Shown here piece after piece: positions 25,641 through 38,916 of a stretch of 64,000 bases of DNA. How positions within the stretch are numbered: position 1 is the stretch's first letter; every line of letters starts with the position of its first letter. The notes under the pieces are model-generated. The model did no database searches, was not told where the DNA came from, and worked only from the letters and a program-made list of their open reading frames with translations. The position numbers were made by a program, and so were the translations under genes. Source of the stretch: Octopus vulgaris (Eukaryota); the NCBI GenBank assembly GCA_951406725.2, contig OX597826.1, forward strand, positions 34,348,001 to 34,412,000, given 5' to 3'.

Positions 25641-26175
25641 CATAAATACAAATAAGAATTTATTTACGAAAGCAGACACGCCGTTGGAACAGTAAAAATG
25701 TAAGTAAATTACTCTTACAAAGCCGAAAAATTTGTCAACAACCAGCCATGGGACCCGATCCTATGTGCTTTGCTATTAAGCTAAACTGTCCGCTGACGAA
25801 TCCGTCCGCTTTTGAAACACTTATTTGTATCTATATACACATTTCGGTGCTAATAAAAGAAAACAAACCTTAGTTTGTTTATATTCATATGCATATGGTT
25901 ACACATTTTGCTTTAAAAGCGTTTAAAAGGCGGGTTGATGTATCAGCGGGCATTTTAAATTAATAGCAATGCACTAAGCCGGTGTCTTCAAGAGATATGG
26001 GTTCGAGGCCTATGGCTGGTTGTTGGCAAAGTTTTCCGCTTTGTAAGGGTAGTCTACTCAATGTTTTCCTCGTTCTAACAGCGTCTCTGCGTTCGAAAAT
26101 AAATTATCATATTATTTGTATCTCTATACACATTTCGACGCTTCTAAAAAAACAAATGTTAGTTTGTTTATATAT
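25641..26175. repeat. imperfect inverted pair of a tRNA-like element
   Basis: 25641-25818 is a diverged reverse complement of 25921-26125; B-box-like ggttcgaggcc near 26000; direct repeat 25820-25890 vs 26110-26175. Confidence 0.65.
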
Positions 26176-27183
26176 ATTTATATATATATCTCAGACATCT
26201 CAAAAGTAAATAGTAAGACTTATTCCGATTGATGTGTGCAGAAACTACCCGGTGCTTCAAACTTGCCACTGTATTTTTATTTTTATTTTCATATTACAAT
26301 ATATGAATGGTTTATAGTAACTAGCCAATTCGCGAAGTCCAGCAACAAAGTAGGTGTCTGGTTTTGAAAAAAAGTTTATTGTTGGTGAATCCGAAGTTGG
26401 AATGAGCCAGCTAAGCCTTCATCGGACAGTGATTCATTAAGTTAATCTTGGTTTTATAGAGTCTCTGTTGAGATGATAAAATGTCTGAGGTTTGTGGGTT
26501 TCAGTGGAATGAAAATTATGTTGTAGGGTTGGTTGTCATGGACAAGTGTAGTGGATAATTTTATATTGATTAAATTTGGGGTTGTTAGTGCTCAGAAATC
26601 AATCATGCGAGAAGAGCTGTGTAAACAGGCTTAGGTGGCCGAAACTTCGAAGTCACTGTTAACACTATTTTGTTAAAGAATAATAAATTTATGCTCTTCA
26701 TACTTGTATCAGCAGAAGGGCTTTCAAGAGTCATGACCTGGATGTGGCCCAGCCCCGATAGGATTGTTAGAAGTTAAGTGGGGTTTCTTTCTGGAGGTCT
26801 TCTCCTGTTCACCGCTCTTGAGAGTTTCTTACACTCATACCACTACATGTATATGTGTATGAGTGTCTGTGTGTGTTTGTTCGCGTATTCTATATGCACG
26901 TATATATGCATATACATACACACACACACATATATATATGTGTGTGTGTGTATGCAAATGCGTATCTTTGAGAGTAACAGATGTGCTTTTCTCTGAACCC
27001 TGTGCTCCTTCTTCCGTTTCCTCCTATCTGAATTCTTCCCTCTCTCCGACAAAGAGAAAATTTCGGAATGTCGTATCCACTTCTATGTTTTCATTTAAAC
27101 CTTTTGGTGGGTGTCAGTCTACTGTAATCACTCTATTCGTCTAACTGACATTTTGGCATTTTCCTGTTTTTATATTCTATCTG

Positions 27184-27230
<47 letters not shown>

Positions 27231-27235
<5 letters not shown>

Positions 27236-27441
27236 CCTTCTGTCCGGCATTCGCCATGATAGATCGCTAGCCACTACACATTCTTTATTTTGTCTCCTCG
27301 TTTCTTTCCGTGTTCCTTTCTGTGGAAGAGCGTAGGCTCGAAACGTTAAAGAATTTTTCACTTCCCGAGCGTCATACTAATGCATCTGTTTGTTGTTGTC
27401 TACAACACCTGTCTTCGTCTTCTTTTTGTGAATTCTCCCTT
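27231..27441 (+). mobile_element. Penelope pLTR-like repeat with a variant minimal hammerhead, inserted in (TA)n
   Basis: cttt-CTGTGGA-a-gagc-gtag-gctc-GAAA-CGTT-aaag at 27316-27351; flanked on both sides by (TA)n. Confidence 0.6.
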
Positions 27442-27466
27442 TATATATATATATATATATATATAT

Positions 27467-27522
<56 letters not shown>

Positions 27523-28776
27523 GGAGAGAGAAGGGGGAGAGGGAGGGAGAGGGAGAGAGAGGGAGAGAGAGGGAAAGAGAGATGGGGAGATAGATAGATC
27601 TATATATATACACATAAATAAAGATTAGATACATATACATATATGTTTATACATACATATATACATATATACATACATACATCCATACATATATGTGTGT
27701 ATGTGTGTGTGTGTATAGTGTCAAGGTTTTCTTATATAACAGCTCTTACTTATAAATATGTAATTTATTTTCTCTAGGACGAGATTTCGTGCAAAGAATA
27801 AGCAATAATTTTTACTGTCTATTCAAATGGGACAATATTTAAAGTCAGTTTAATGAAAAAAACATTGATTTCGTTTTGGAATGTTTCCAAAACATTTATT
27901 ACTTATAGATTAATAAAACAGACAAATTATAATGCTGATTAGAAAAATGGTCAGATTTCATAATTTTTGGTATGCATTGAGTTTCTTTTTTGCTTTATAT
28001 TGAGGAAAAACAGCTTTCCTAATTAATATAAATTGAATGAATCTTCAAAATATGATGATGTATGAAACATTTGTAACTTAACTAAAAAATTCCATAACTG
28101 AAATGAATTATCGATTTGTATGAAAAATCAATGCAAAGACTAATCTATAAATATTTAATATTCACCTGCTAAAGCAAACATAGATATATTTTTTAACAAG
28201 GTGTATATAGCGAAATATCAAATATAAAATTGAAAGCTCGGCAGGGAAGATTTGTGAAGTACTTTGATTAATATTTACTAAATGTGAAAAATTATAATCT
28301 ATTCCTTCTGTTTATGAACAACCCAATCAGATTAAAAGTTTACGGACATGCACAAATAACCTGACAACTACACAGATAATTGCATTAGGATGCTTGCCCA
28401 AAAATCTATTAAATGAAATATTGAACAAAATTTCATGTTTTAATCATAAACGCATATGAAGGCTTGAATCAGTGGGAACAACACTTCCAAATGCGTAATC
28501 TGTGACTTTAGTCAATCGAAAATCCATTATATCATATTAGCCTTTACAATATAATATATTAGTCATCACAATAAAATAACTCCCTGTGTTGTGGCTATAC
28601 ATACTAGTATAGTACAAAGCAATTCATTAATGTTTTCAGTATGAAATAAGGTATTTCTACATCTGTGGAAACCAATTTACTTCAGTTATTTTCAGTCGTA
28701 TATTCTGATCTTACAACAACTGACAAAGAAATCCTCATTTTTCGTTCACCATTTCGTAATGGTATGAGTAGGACTA

Positions 28777-29007
28777 AGGGCGGCGGTTGGCAGAAACGTT
28801 AGCACGCCGGGCGAAATGCGTAGCCGTATTTCGTCTGCCGTTACGTTCTGAATTCAAATTCCACCGAGGTCGACTTTGCCTTTCATCCTTTCGGGGTCGA
28901 TAAATTAAGTACCAGTTGCGCACTGGGTCAATATAATCGACTTAATCCGTTTGTCTGTCCTTGTTTGTCCCCTCTATGTTTAGCCCCTTGTGGGCAATAA
29001 AGAAATA
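28777..29007 (+). mobile_element. full-length Deu/Nin-like tRNA SINE with TSD
   Basis: TSD ggtatgagtaggacta (28761-28776) and ggtattagtaggacta (29008-29023), 15/16 identical. Confidence 0.92.
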
Positions 29008-30756
29008 GGTATTAGTAGGACTATATAGCAACAGATATTTTAGTTGATCATATTACTTCATGGTAAGTGTTAAGCCGAACATTATAAAAGAATTCAATAA
29101 AGTTAGTGCTAATAATTAAGACTATTTCTATACAATACTTATATATCTTGAACAAGGAATCACTGCCGTGCGTTTGATTTAGAAAAAAAAACTAAGGTGA
29201 GTTTAAAAGAGATACCTGGAAAGGTTAAACTGCAGCACTTCATCTTGGTAACTAGGATATTAAAAAGATAAATCATCCCGATTTCTTCCTGAGAGACTTA
29301 TGACCCTGCGCAATGGTTGAAAAATAAATTGATTCGTTTTTGTTTGATAGGGAGTTGACTTGGTTTATAGTTCCAAAGACAACTGGTAACCAATGAACAG
29401 AAAGTAATGTATCAGAACCACTTCTAGCTATTTTATTTTATTCTTCTTTTTAAGCCATTCTGCATTTGAGAAATGTTTTTAGTTGTTTTTATTATATTTC
29501 CTATTATAGCACAACGGAAAGGGTAAAGTTTAGTTACTAGCTTCACAGTTAGTAACTCCTGTTGCCAGCTGTCATAAATATGATGTGCCGAAAAGAACAA
29601 AAAAACTATATATATCTGCCGTTCTCTTTTGTTGCATTAACTGTATTCAGGCAAGTGGAAAAATTTTGGAGCTAGTTAATAGAAATGCATGCCAAGAGAA
29701 CATTGATCATAATTCAATAAACCCTGGAATATTTTACGCTTTGTATCATTGTTTTTATTCGTATTTTCAGTGGGTATAGACATTACTTCGTAGATGTCGA
29801 AAAATATATATTATCATTTCCTGCATCTTTTTGGAGAAGAACTGATATCAACCCATTTGTCAAAACGTGGTAGTTTAGGTTTATCTGAATGAAAATTGCC
29901 CAAAAATATTAAATCTAAAACATAGTATAATGAAATGTCTCGTTAATTTTATATTCAAAAATTAATGTACAGTAAATTTTAATTTTCTATGCCGTATATT
30001 TTAGGAAAAAAAATGTACAAAAAGCTAGGATATGAAATAAATGAAACATCGTTAAAAATCTATAAATAATTAAGTTTCAAATGACATGAATTTAATTTAA
30101 GATTCTTAAAGCTTTTAATGAAAAGCAATTATAAATATACAGCGAAACATATCCAATAAAAATACAGAGTTCACGATATGAAAAGAAAACGAGTTAGAAA
30201 GACTGTAATATTCTGAATTCTGAGATTAACATACATTTACTGATTTAAAAATATAATATCTATATGATATATGCTTGTTTTCTACATATAACGTTATTGA
30301 TTTATTAGATTAATGAGTAATCTGTGTGTGAAATAAACTAGTGTTGTTCGACTGAAATTATATGTATAATGTTTATAAAATTATAGGAAGAGATATTAAC
30401 TTATCTTCTTGGATGAAATACAGTAAACTATTGTGAAACAAAAAGATCGTACGCAAAAGAAAAAAAGAGTTTTATATTGTTTTAGTAACTCAAGGTCAGC
30501 TTTTCTTTTCCTCCGCTGGGATCAGTAAAATAAGTACGAATAAAGTACTGAAGCCGATGCTATCGACAAATTACATTCCCTTAAATTGCTGGCCTTATGC
30601 CAAAATTTGAGACTGTTCAAAAATATTATTTCGTTCTGGCTCCACCGATGGAACGATATGAAATGTAATGTAGAAAAAACAGCAAATTTCTACGAATTTA
30701 TTAATGCATAGTTAATGGGTTGGATGTAGTGTTGAAGATGGAGCAAGAACTCCTGA

Positions 30757-31255
<499 letters not shown>

Positions 31256-31351
31256 ATAGAGCATACACTTCACTTATTTTCCATCTTCGATTGCATTGAT
31301 GTTTGGTGACAAAAGTTTCAATGGAAAATGTATAGAGATAGAAGCCCGTCG

Positions 31352-31378
<27 letters not shown>

Positions 31379-31385
<7 letters not shown>

Positions 31386-31819
31386 AATAAAAGAATTCCA
31401 ACCTTGTCTGATTTTCACGTTTTATTTACAATCTTATAATGATATATTATAAGATAATATATTATAATTGAATAAAATAAAATGAAATAGTAGAATGTTA
31501 AATATTCATTCTGATTGAACTAGTACTTTCATGCATTGAATTCTGCAATCTTCGGGTTCATGTAGTAGTGTTGACAGTCATGCTTCACAATTTTTGACTG
31601 TCAAAAATTGTGAAGCATGACTGTCAACACTACTACATGAACCCGAAGATTGCAGAATTCAATGCATGAAAGTACTAGTTCAATCAGAATGAATATTTAA
31701 CATTCTACTATTTCATTTTATTTTATTCAATTATAATATATTATCTTATAATATATCATTATAAGATTGTAAATAAAACGTGAAAATCAGACAAGGTTGG
31801 AATTCTTTTATTAATATAT
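31379..31819. repeat. perfect palindrome, 220-bp arms with a 1-nt centre (31599); inverted pLTR-like pair
   Basis: Arms are exact reverse complements; the ORF track shows MKIRQGWNSFINI on both strands. Confidence 0.95.
31638..31682 (+). ncRNA. minimal hammerhead-like motif (U4C core variant); mirrored at 31516-31560 on the minus strand
   Basis: tgaac-CCGAAGA-t-tgca-gaattcaa-tgca-t-GAAA-GTAC-TA-gttca: stem I tgaac/gttca, stem II tgca/tgca, palindromic AGTACT. Confidence 0.65.
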
Positions 31820-31843
31820 TCTTCTATACACAATCACACACAC

Positions 31844-31893
<50 letters not shown>

Positions 31894-32452
31894 CTGTGTG
31901 TGTGTGTGTGTGTGTATGTGTGTGTGTGTGTGTGTGTTTGTGTGTGTATGTGCGTCGGTGTTTCTGTGTCTGTGTTTGTACCCCCAACATCGCTTGACAA
32001 CCGATGCTGGTGTGTCTACGTCCTCGTAATCTAGCGGTTCGTCTCCGCATCTTAGGCAAAAGAGACCGATAGAAAAAGTACTAGGCTTACAAAGAATAAG
32101 TCTTGGTGTCGATTTCCTCGACTAAAGGTGTTGCTCCAGCATGACCGCAGTCAAATGACTGGAACAAGTAAAAGAGTAATCAGGGTAACCTTAACATGTA
32201 ATTTAATAGCACTGCTAACACAGTAGAACAAAATATTGACCTATAAAGCGTTTAATATGCTTTGTAGTATATCATAGTTGCATTAAAAAATAGGGTGTAA
32301 TTGATTTCTAGTTTGTATCAGATTCAAATAATGATAGTTTTTTGTGAAGATAATAATGCTTGTTTTTTTCTGTGTTAGATGAGATTACCATGACGATTAA
32401 AGCTGCTTAAAACGTGTCATCCTGAATAAAATAGTTTACCTTCTTTTAGATA

Positions 32453-32828
32453 TCATTTCTGCTAAAGACACAAGACCTGCAATTTTGTTGGGAGGGACTA
32501 GTCGATTACATCAACCCAGTGCGTAACTGGTGCTTAATTTATACCCCGAAAGGATGAAAAGCTAAGTCGACCTCGGCGGAATTTGAACTCAGAACGTAAA
32601 GACAGACGAAATACCTATTTCTTTACTAGCCACAAGGAGCTAAACACAGAGAGGACAAACAAGGACAGACAAACGGATTAAGTCGATTATATCGACCCCA
32701 GTGCGTAGCTGGTACTTATTTAATCGACCCCGAAAGGATGAAAAGCAAAGCCGACCTCGGTGGAATTTGAACTCAGAATGTAGCGGCATTTCGCCCGGCG
32801 TGCTTACGATTCTGCCAGCTCGCCGTCT
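32453..32828 (-). mobile_element. tandem dimer of Deu/Nin-like SINEs
   Basis: Two central domains (about 32545-32610 and 32730-32780). The upstream unit has the 28777-type tail and the downstream 5'-truncated unit has the 6111-type tail. Confidence 0.85.
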
Positions 32829-34494
32829 TTGCTACTTTTAGATATGGTTGATATATATGTGTATGCATGATGCTAGTGTATGTGTGTGTGTCTGTGCACG
32901 TATGTATGTGTATGTAATTATTCACTCACACGTATATTGTTTCTAATTTTTGCACGCGGCTATCGGTTTTGAGGGTAAGAGATAAGACGATTTGATCGAC
33001 CTCTGCCGGAGTTGAATTCAGAACGTAAAGAATCACAAAAAATAACACAATGCACTTTGTTATGCGCAGTAACGATTCTGCTATCTTATACGTATAGACA
33101 CATATGTTGGAATGCCGTGAACATATATTTGCATACAAAAACTGACGTAGACGTTAAAACGGTAGTAATTTGTTGTTGTTGTCGTTGTTAGTGGTGGTAG
33201 TGGTGGTGGTGGTGGTGGTGGTTGTGATGATGATGATGATGATGGTAGTGATGGTGGTGGTGATGAAGATGAAGATGATGGTGACGACGGTGATGATAGG
33301 GATGACGCCAACGCCAGCGGTTTTTGCAGACGATAGTCGGTGATTTTTTTAGCAGCAAAACTTGGTGGTACCTATTATAGAGTTCGGCAAATTGATGTAA
33401 CACCTCCATGTCCGGTGTCTTTAAATGATTACATCTGATACTATTGTTAATAAAGGTTCCTCACAGCTATTTTTATCAACATAGCAAATAACTAAAAAGA
33501 AAAACAAAAACAATAGATATTCCGAATTTACTAAAACACACACCCACACAAACATTTTGAGGAATTCTATTTCAACAAAACTTATCCCCAGGGTGCTAAC
33601 TATAGTTTAAAAATCAACAAATCACACACAAAACTACTTATTCCGATATTTACATCATGCTTTGAGTAACAGAAGCTATGGAACGAAGCCAGGTATTTGA
33701 CATGAATCAAATATAATGATATTTATTTGCTGCCTTCTCTTTTCTCTTTTGTTTTGCGATATATTTCTTATTGGCAGCATCTATTATTGGCGTTGACAGC
33801 ATTAGATTTTTAGTGACACTTATATATTTTTATTGACTAGAAGAAAATCTCTAAGTAACCTGCAGGTGATTTTAGTTAATTCACGCAAATCTCCGAAGGG
33901 AACAAACATAACTACTAATCACAGTTAAACGATTATTATCAAAGCGAGATTGAAGTCTCTCTATCGCTACCATTGTGTTTCACTCTAGTATTTAATCTCC
34001 AATGACAACTGCAATTCTTTTTGTTGTAAATTGTATTCTTTTTATGCTCTTTGTAAGTCTGTCAGGTCATAGTGTGTTTAAAATTATTTTAAGTCATACT
34101 TGCATTTTCCTATAAAGTTAGTGCTTTTCTCTACTTTATAAGAAAATTGAGCAAATTTTCTAGATAAGTAGAGTTTGGCGCCTACCTGACGTAAAGCATT
34201 GCAGAATCGAATCTGTATATTGGTGTACCTTTCCATTTAAATATCGGATATTCAGCTATGGACATGGCCAACTTCATGCTATTGTCTCTTGTACCATTAT
34301 TCCAATAGATTCCAACACTCCGTATATGTCACACCTCATCTTTATAGTGAAAGCTTCACCCAGTCTTCTCTTGAATGAATTATAATATTCTGGAATACCA
34401 CTTCTCTCTATTTTGATCGAGAGTTCTGCTAGGTTTTCAGAATGCTTCTTTATCATATCTATTAAACATAATTATTTATACATACGTTTCTATG

Positions 34495-34617
34495 TATTAT
34501 TTACGTTATTTAGATTTGACGGGTATTTGTCCCCCATCTTGTTTGTTATTAACACAACGTTTCGGCTGATATACCCTCCAGCCTGGGTTATCATTCCTAA
34601 GGTATTTTTCGATGCTA
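34495..34617 (-). mobile_element. internally deleted copy of the hammerhead-tail element seen at 44951-45507
   Basis: ttatttagatttgacgggtatttgtccc..aacacaacgtttcggctgatataccctccagcct|gggttatcattcctaaggtatttttcgatgc; the CTGATGA box is lost by a deletion between two cct microhomologies. Confidence 0.85.
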
Positions 34618-34955
34618 TGGGTACAAGTAAGTATCTCATTTATTTTCTTATCGTATTTATCGCTGATGACGAGAACATTCTAAATGAATTAACTCAGAAA
34701 TCGAGGCCGATTAGATTATAAAGAAATCTTTTAGAAATTTCTGTCGGCTTGCTTTCGAGACGCGTGCTTATAGTGATAAATTATATGGTTATGGAGGATT
34801 AAGTCTATTTTCGACATATTTGGCATTAGAATTTTCTTCTTTCGCCCTTGTTTCTAAGTTGTTTATAAATTTAATATCTTTAAAGGTATTGTTTAAAATG
34901 CTGGCCATTGGTAAATTTTTTTCGAAAATTTTATCCTATATTAGATGTAAATGTT

Positions 34956-34999
<44 letters not shown>

Positions 35000-35627
35000 C
35001 ATTCACACACACATTTATATGCTTATATATTGCTGTAATGTTTCTCTTTGCCGTTTCAATCATCCAGATGTTTGATTGTTCCTTAAAAACGTAAGACCAT
35101 TTTCTGAAAATTATTTATTCACAAACCTATAAATTTGCTTCGTTCCAAATCGTGAGAATCAGAATAATTCTATTGTAGTTTACAGATCAAACTAAATAAA
35201 TAATTAAAAAGATGTCTTCAAGGTCGCACTTTAGTGAGATGAAAACATTCAGAAACAGATTGCTTGATGAACTTTCAAATTTTAAGTTTAGAAAAGTTGA
35301 GGGAGGTTTCTAAATATAATTATTTGTTAATGGAAATTGTAAAATTGAAGTGGTTTTCTTGGAGACAAAACAATGAGATGCTTAGAAATCAGAAAGGTGA
35401 ATCATTAACTGAGGCCAACTTTAAGTAGATAGATATTTCAGTAGTGTTAAATAACACATGCTTCAATGTTACACACAACACACAAATATACGAAACCTCC
35501 AAACAATAAACCCAATCGCAAGAGTAAAAGATGAGAAATCTAAATTAATACGTTATTCGTTTCTATTATAGAAGGTTAGTATATCAGCTGATTAAATTTT
35601 ACTTTATATATATATATATACATATAT

Positions 35628-35821
35628 AGGCGAAGGCGTGGCCGTGTGGTAACCATTTGGTTGCTTCCTAACCAAATGGTTCCGGGTTAAGTCCCATTGC
35701 ATCGCACTTTGGTCTTCAGTAGCCTTGGGCCGACCAAAGCCTTGTGAGTGAATTTGGTAGACGGAAACTGAAAGAATCCCATTGTATATACATATACATT
35801 TATATATGTGTGTGCGTGTGT
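35628..35821 (+). mobile_element. 5' half of the 30757-type SINE
   Basis: ggcgtggccgtgtggtaa..ggttccgggtt..ggccgaccaaagccttgtgagtgaatttggtagacggaaactgaaag. Confidence 0.8.
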
Positions 35822-35829
35822 CTGCACTG

Positions 35830-36960
35830 AAGCATAAAGATTCCAAGCAAGCTTCAGTCATGAAGCTCAGTAAGAAATGTAAAAATTCTCTTGGCCTATA
35901 AGTTAACAATAAGAATGATAAAAGACACCCAAATTCTAACAGACCTACCTTTTGTTTCTCCTGATTTTGAAATTAACAATCAGAAAAAAAACCAACGACA
36001 TTAAAATAGTGACAAATCTGACAGCGGCATTGAATTATTGACAGAAGTTTTGCATGAATGATATCGAAGACAACTGGAAAGGCAAACTCTTGAATGGAAG
36101 ATATCCTAACCGCCTGTCGAAGCCAGATATTGACCAAAATCTAACAAACCAATAGCTACAAGTGACAGGTCTGAAAGGGGAAAAAGAAGGTCTTGTCATT
36201 GCAGAGCAAGATCAGAGCTTACCTACAAGAACCTACCATGCAAACGTCCTTAAAGATGGATGTTACTCCTCGTGCAGAATTTGCGAAAAATTCACAGGGA
36301 CAACTGAACTTGTAGTTTCTGGCTGCCCAGTCTTCGCTGAAAAGGAGTATCTCATAAGACATGACAGACTAGGGCAGTACATCTACTAGGATTCTTGTAA
36401 ACACTACAAAGTTAATTCCCGTGGTAAGTGGTACGTGCACCATGCAGAGGATGTAGTAAATGGCGAGGGTGTCACAATCCTTTTGAACTTCCCAATAGAA
36501 ACAGACAGAAAAATCGACTCAGACCAGTTATTGTGATCAAGGACTGCAACAGAGAAAGTTGTCTGTTAATATATATGTCAGTCCCACAAGATCAAAATGT
36601 CTCAAGAAAAGAATACGAAAAGCTTTCTCACTATAAAGGTATGCAAACTGAATTCATAAAAATCTGGAAACTTTGTACTACGATATTTCCAGTAGTAATT
36701 GGTGCGTTGGGAATGATAAAGAAGGGAGCTGAGAAGTATATTAAGCAACTCCCTGGTAACTCCAATCCCCGTGAACTACAAGAGATAGACTTGGTTTGTG
36801 CATCCCGTACACTACGGAAAACACTCTCCATCTAAAATAGAATAAATGTGATGATAAATTTAGCATGCATAGAAAAACAAAAGTGTCCTTGCTACTCTTG
36901 GCCTCTGAAGAATGCTCGGGACTAAGGCAGCTGAAATAGTGTTATAATAAAAAGCCATAA
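35830..36960 (+). mobile_element. degenerate R4/Dong LINE 3' portion (family C)
   Basis: GLKGEKEGLVIAEQDQSLPTRTY..CRIC..VSGCP..RHDRLGQY, PVVIGALGMIKKG; ends in an (AAT)n tail. Confidence 0.9.
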
Positions 36961-37019
36961 ATAATAATAATGATGATGATGATGGTGGAAGTGTTATCAT
37001 GTACTTGGATTCTCTTGAT

Positions 37020-37420
37020 ATAAAAAGATGGGCTACAACAAATATTTTTCTCAATACCACAGTCTTGCTTGTCAGTTGCTTGGCCTTCACCAGTTGAGCA
37101 TATCCCTTTGTGGCTGATGGTATGTGCATCTCTGATCACAAGCTGGAGTAATAAGGGGCATCTTAGCCATATGTGGAGAGGAATTCTTTGGGACTTGAAT
37201 AATTAACCGCTGGGAACGTAGGTGTTTCGTTCAACACCCTTAAACAAAGATTATGCGCTGTTTATCTTGATATGAGATTACCATATCGCGCACATGCGGT
37301 TGTGATGCATGTGCCTGGTATACCCCTATCAGACGGGTAATCTTGACGGGTATAATGAGCTTCCTATATTTGTACCCCAGTGTCACTTTGATGGCAAGCG
37401 GTGCTCTCTCACTCAATAAT
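37020..37420 (+). mobile_element. interspersed repeat, possibly the 3' end of another RLE-type LINE, ending at a microsatellite
   Basis: Complex sequence ending accccagtgtcactttgatggc..ctctctcactcaataata, then (GTA)n; resembles a recurrent octopus repeat from memory; the coding signal is weak. Confidence 0.4.
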
Positions 37421-37426
37421 AAAAAC

Positions 37427-37499
<73 letters not shown>

Positions 37500-38879
37500 C
37501 CAATTATAGCAAATAATGAACATACGTATGTTAAGGGAAAATGTGATGGTAGAAATATAGCTTTTTTCCTTTAAGAAAGGAACGTCTCTGTAAAGTCACT
37601 ATTTACATATGCACTTCTAGATTCAAGCAAAATGCGCATCAATTATCCGAACAAGCTGATCTGAGATTCAATAGAAAATTAAAAAAAAAACACGTTTCGT
37701 GATCGATGATAAAACCTGCATACCCATATTATAGGAATTCCCGATTATGCCTTCTTTGTTTGAAATTTCGTGAATATTATTATGGATAGATAGATATAGA
37801 TAGATAGATAGATAGATAGACATACATTATGCTCATGTATATTTCTATCCGGTAAAAGTGTTCATGTCATACAAATTCACACAAACACATGCACATAAGT
37901 GCACATGTGTACTTCCCAGCAGTATAAAATGGACACTTGTATCGTTGATTTCATAATATATTTAATTGTGGATTTTAGATTCCTTTAAGCGTTTTCACTT
38001 GTGCTTGGGGTTTGTTGAATATGCCCAATCTATTATTATCATGCACAATATCCATAAAAGTCGATGATATATCTATATGAGATGGCAATGCTATCATCAA
38101 TATTGCTGTAATCAGGTTTTTGATTTGAACTTATATTTATGGCTATTGTTATTTAGACTTCAGACTTGTTACATCTATTATTGTTCTATAGGAAAATTTG
38201 AACTGAGTTTGTGTGATATGTAATAAAGTATCGTGTCAACTTTTTAACTGCTGTTATCTACTTTTGCACCCTACCTAATATAATACTTATCAAACTGTGT
38301 AAAAAGGATTAATTACAGGACGTAATTGAATATTTTGTATATTTTATTCGTGTTAGTACTTGCCTTGCATTTTTTTCTGTTTTTGATATATTTGTTGTTG
38401 GTGTTGTTGTTGTTGCTATTGCTTTTAATGACTGTCTCTGGACACAAATGTGATAAAAAAACTTTTATAACCTTTAGACGATTTTAATGTGCTTTCACTA
38501 TATATTTTTTTCGCTTAATGAAAAAGAGTATTCTGTAAATTAATATATCTTCTGTTAGATTTTGATTGGTTCAAATATGCTGTAAAATTTACACCAGCTC
38601 ATAAATATACTAACTTACATAAGAACACGTACATATACGCGTATATTTAAGCCTGTATCTAATATCTAATATTTATATAGATTTGTGTGTGTGTATGTAT
38701 ATATACATGTATATATATTTATATACATTGTGTACATGTATATATATGCATATGTATATATATGTATATATACATATATACACAAATAAAAATATTTTTG
38801 TATACATATATATATGTGTACAAATATATATGCGTATATATACACATATACATATGTATATGTATATATAATATTATAT

Positions 38880-38916
<37 letters not shown>

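Larger units (their letters stand above)
31341..32178 (+). mobile_element. 5'-truncated copy of the same SINE, interrupted in its (TA)n by the palindrome
   Basis: gaagcccgtcgtatatatg at 31341 is the pre-microsatellite segment; the tail 31970-32178 aligns to 31080-31255. Confidence 0.75.

Noticed and set aside
26230-26830. Possible PLE N-terminal coding remnant
   Set aside because: No motif clear enough to support by eye
29044-29062. 19-nt micro-exon ending atg|gtaagt
   Set aside because: Poor polypyrimidine tract and adjacent to a SINE TSD; likely chance
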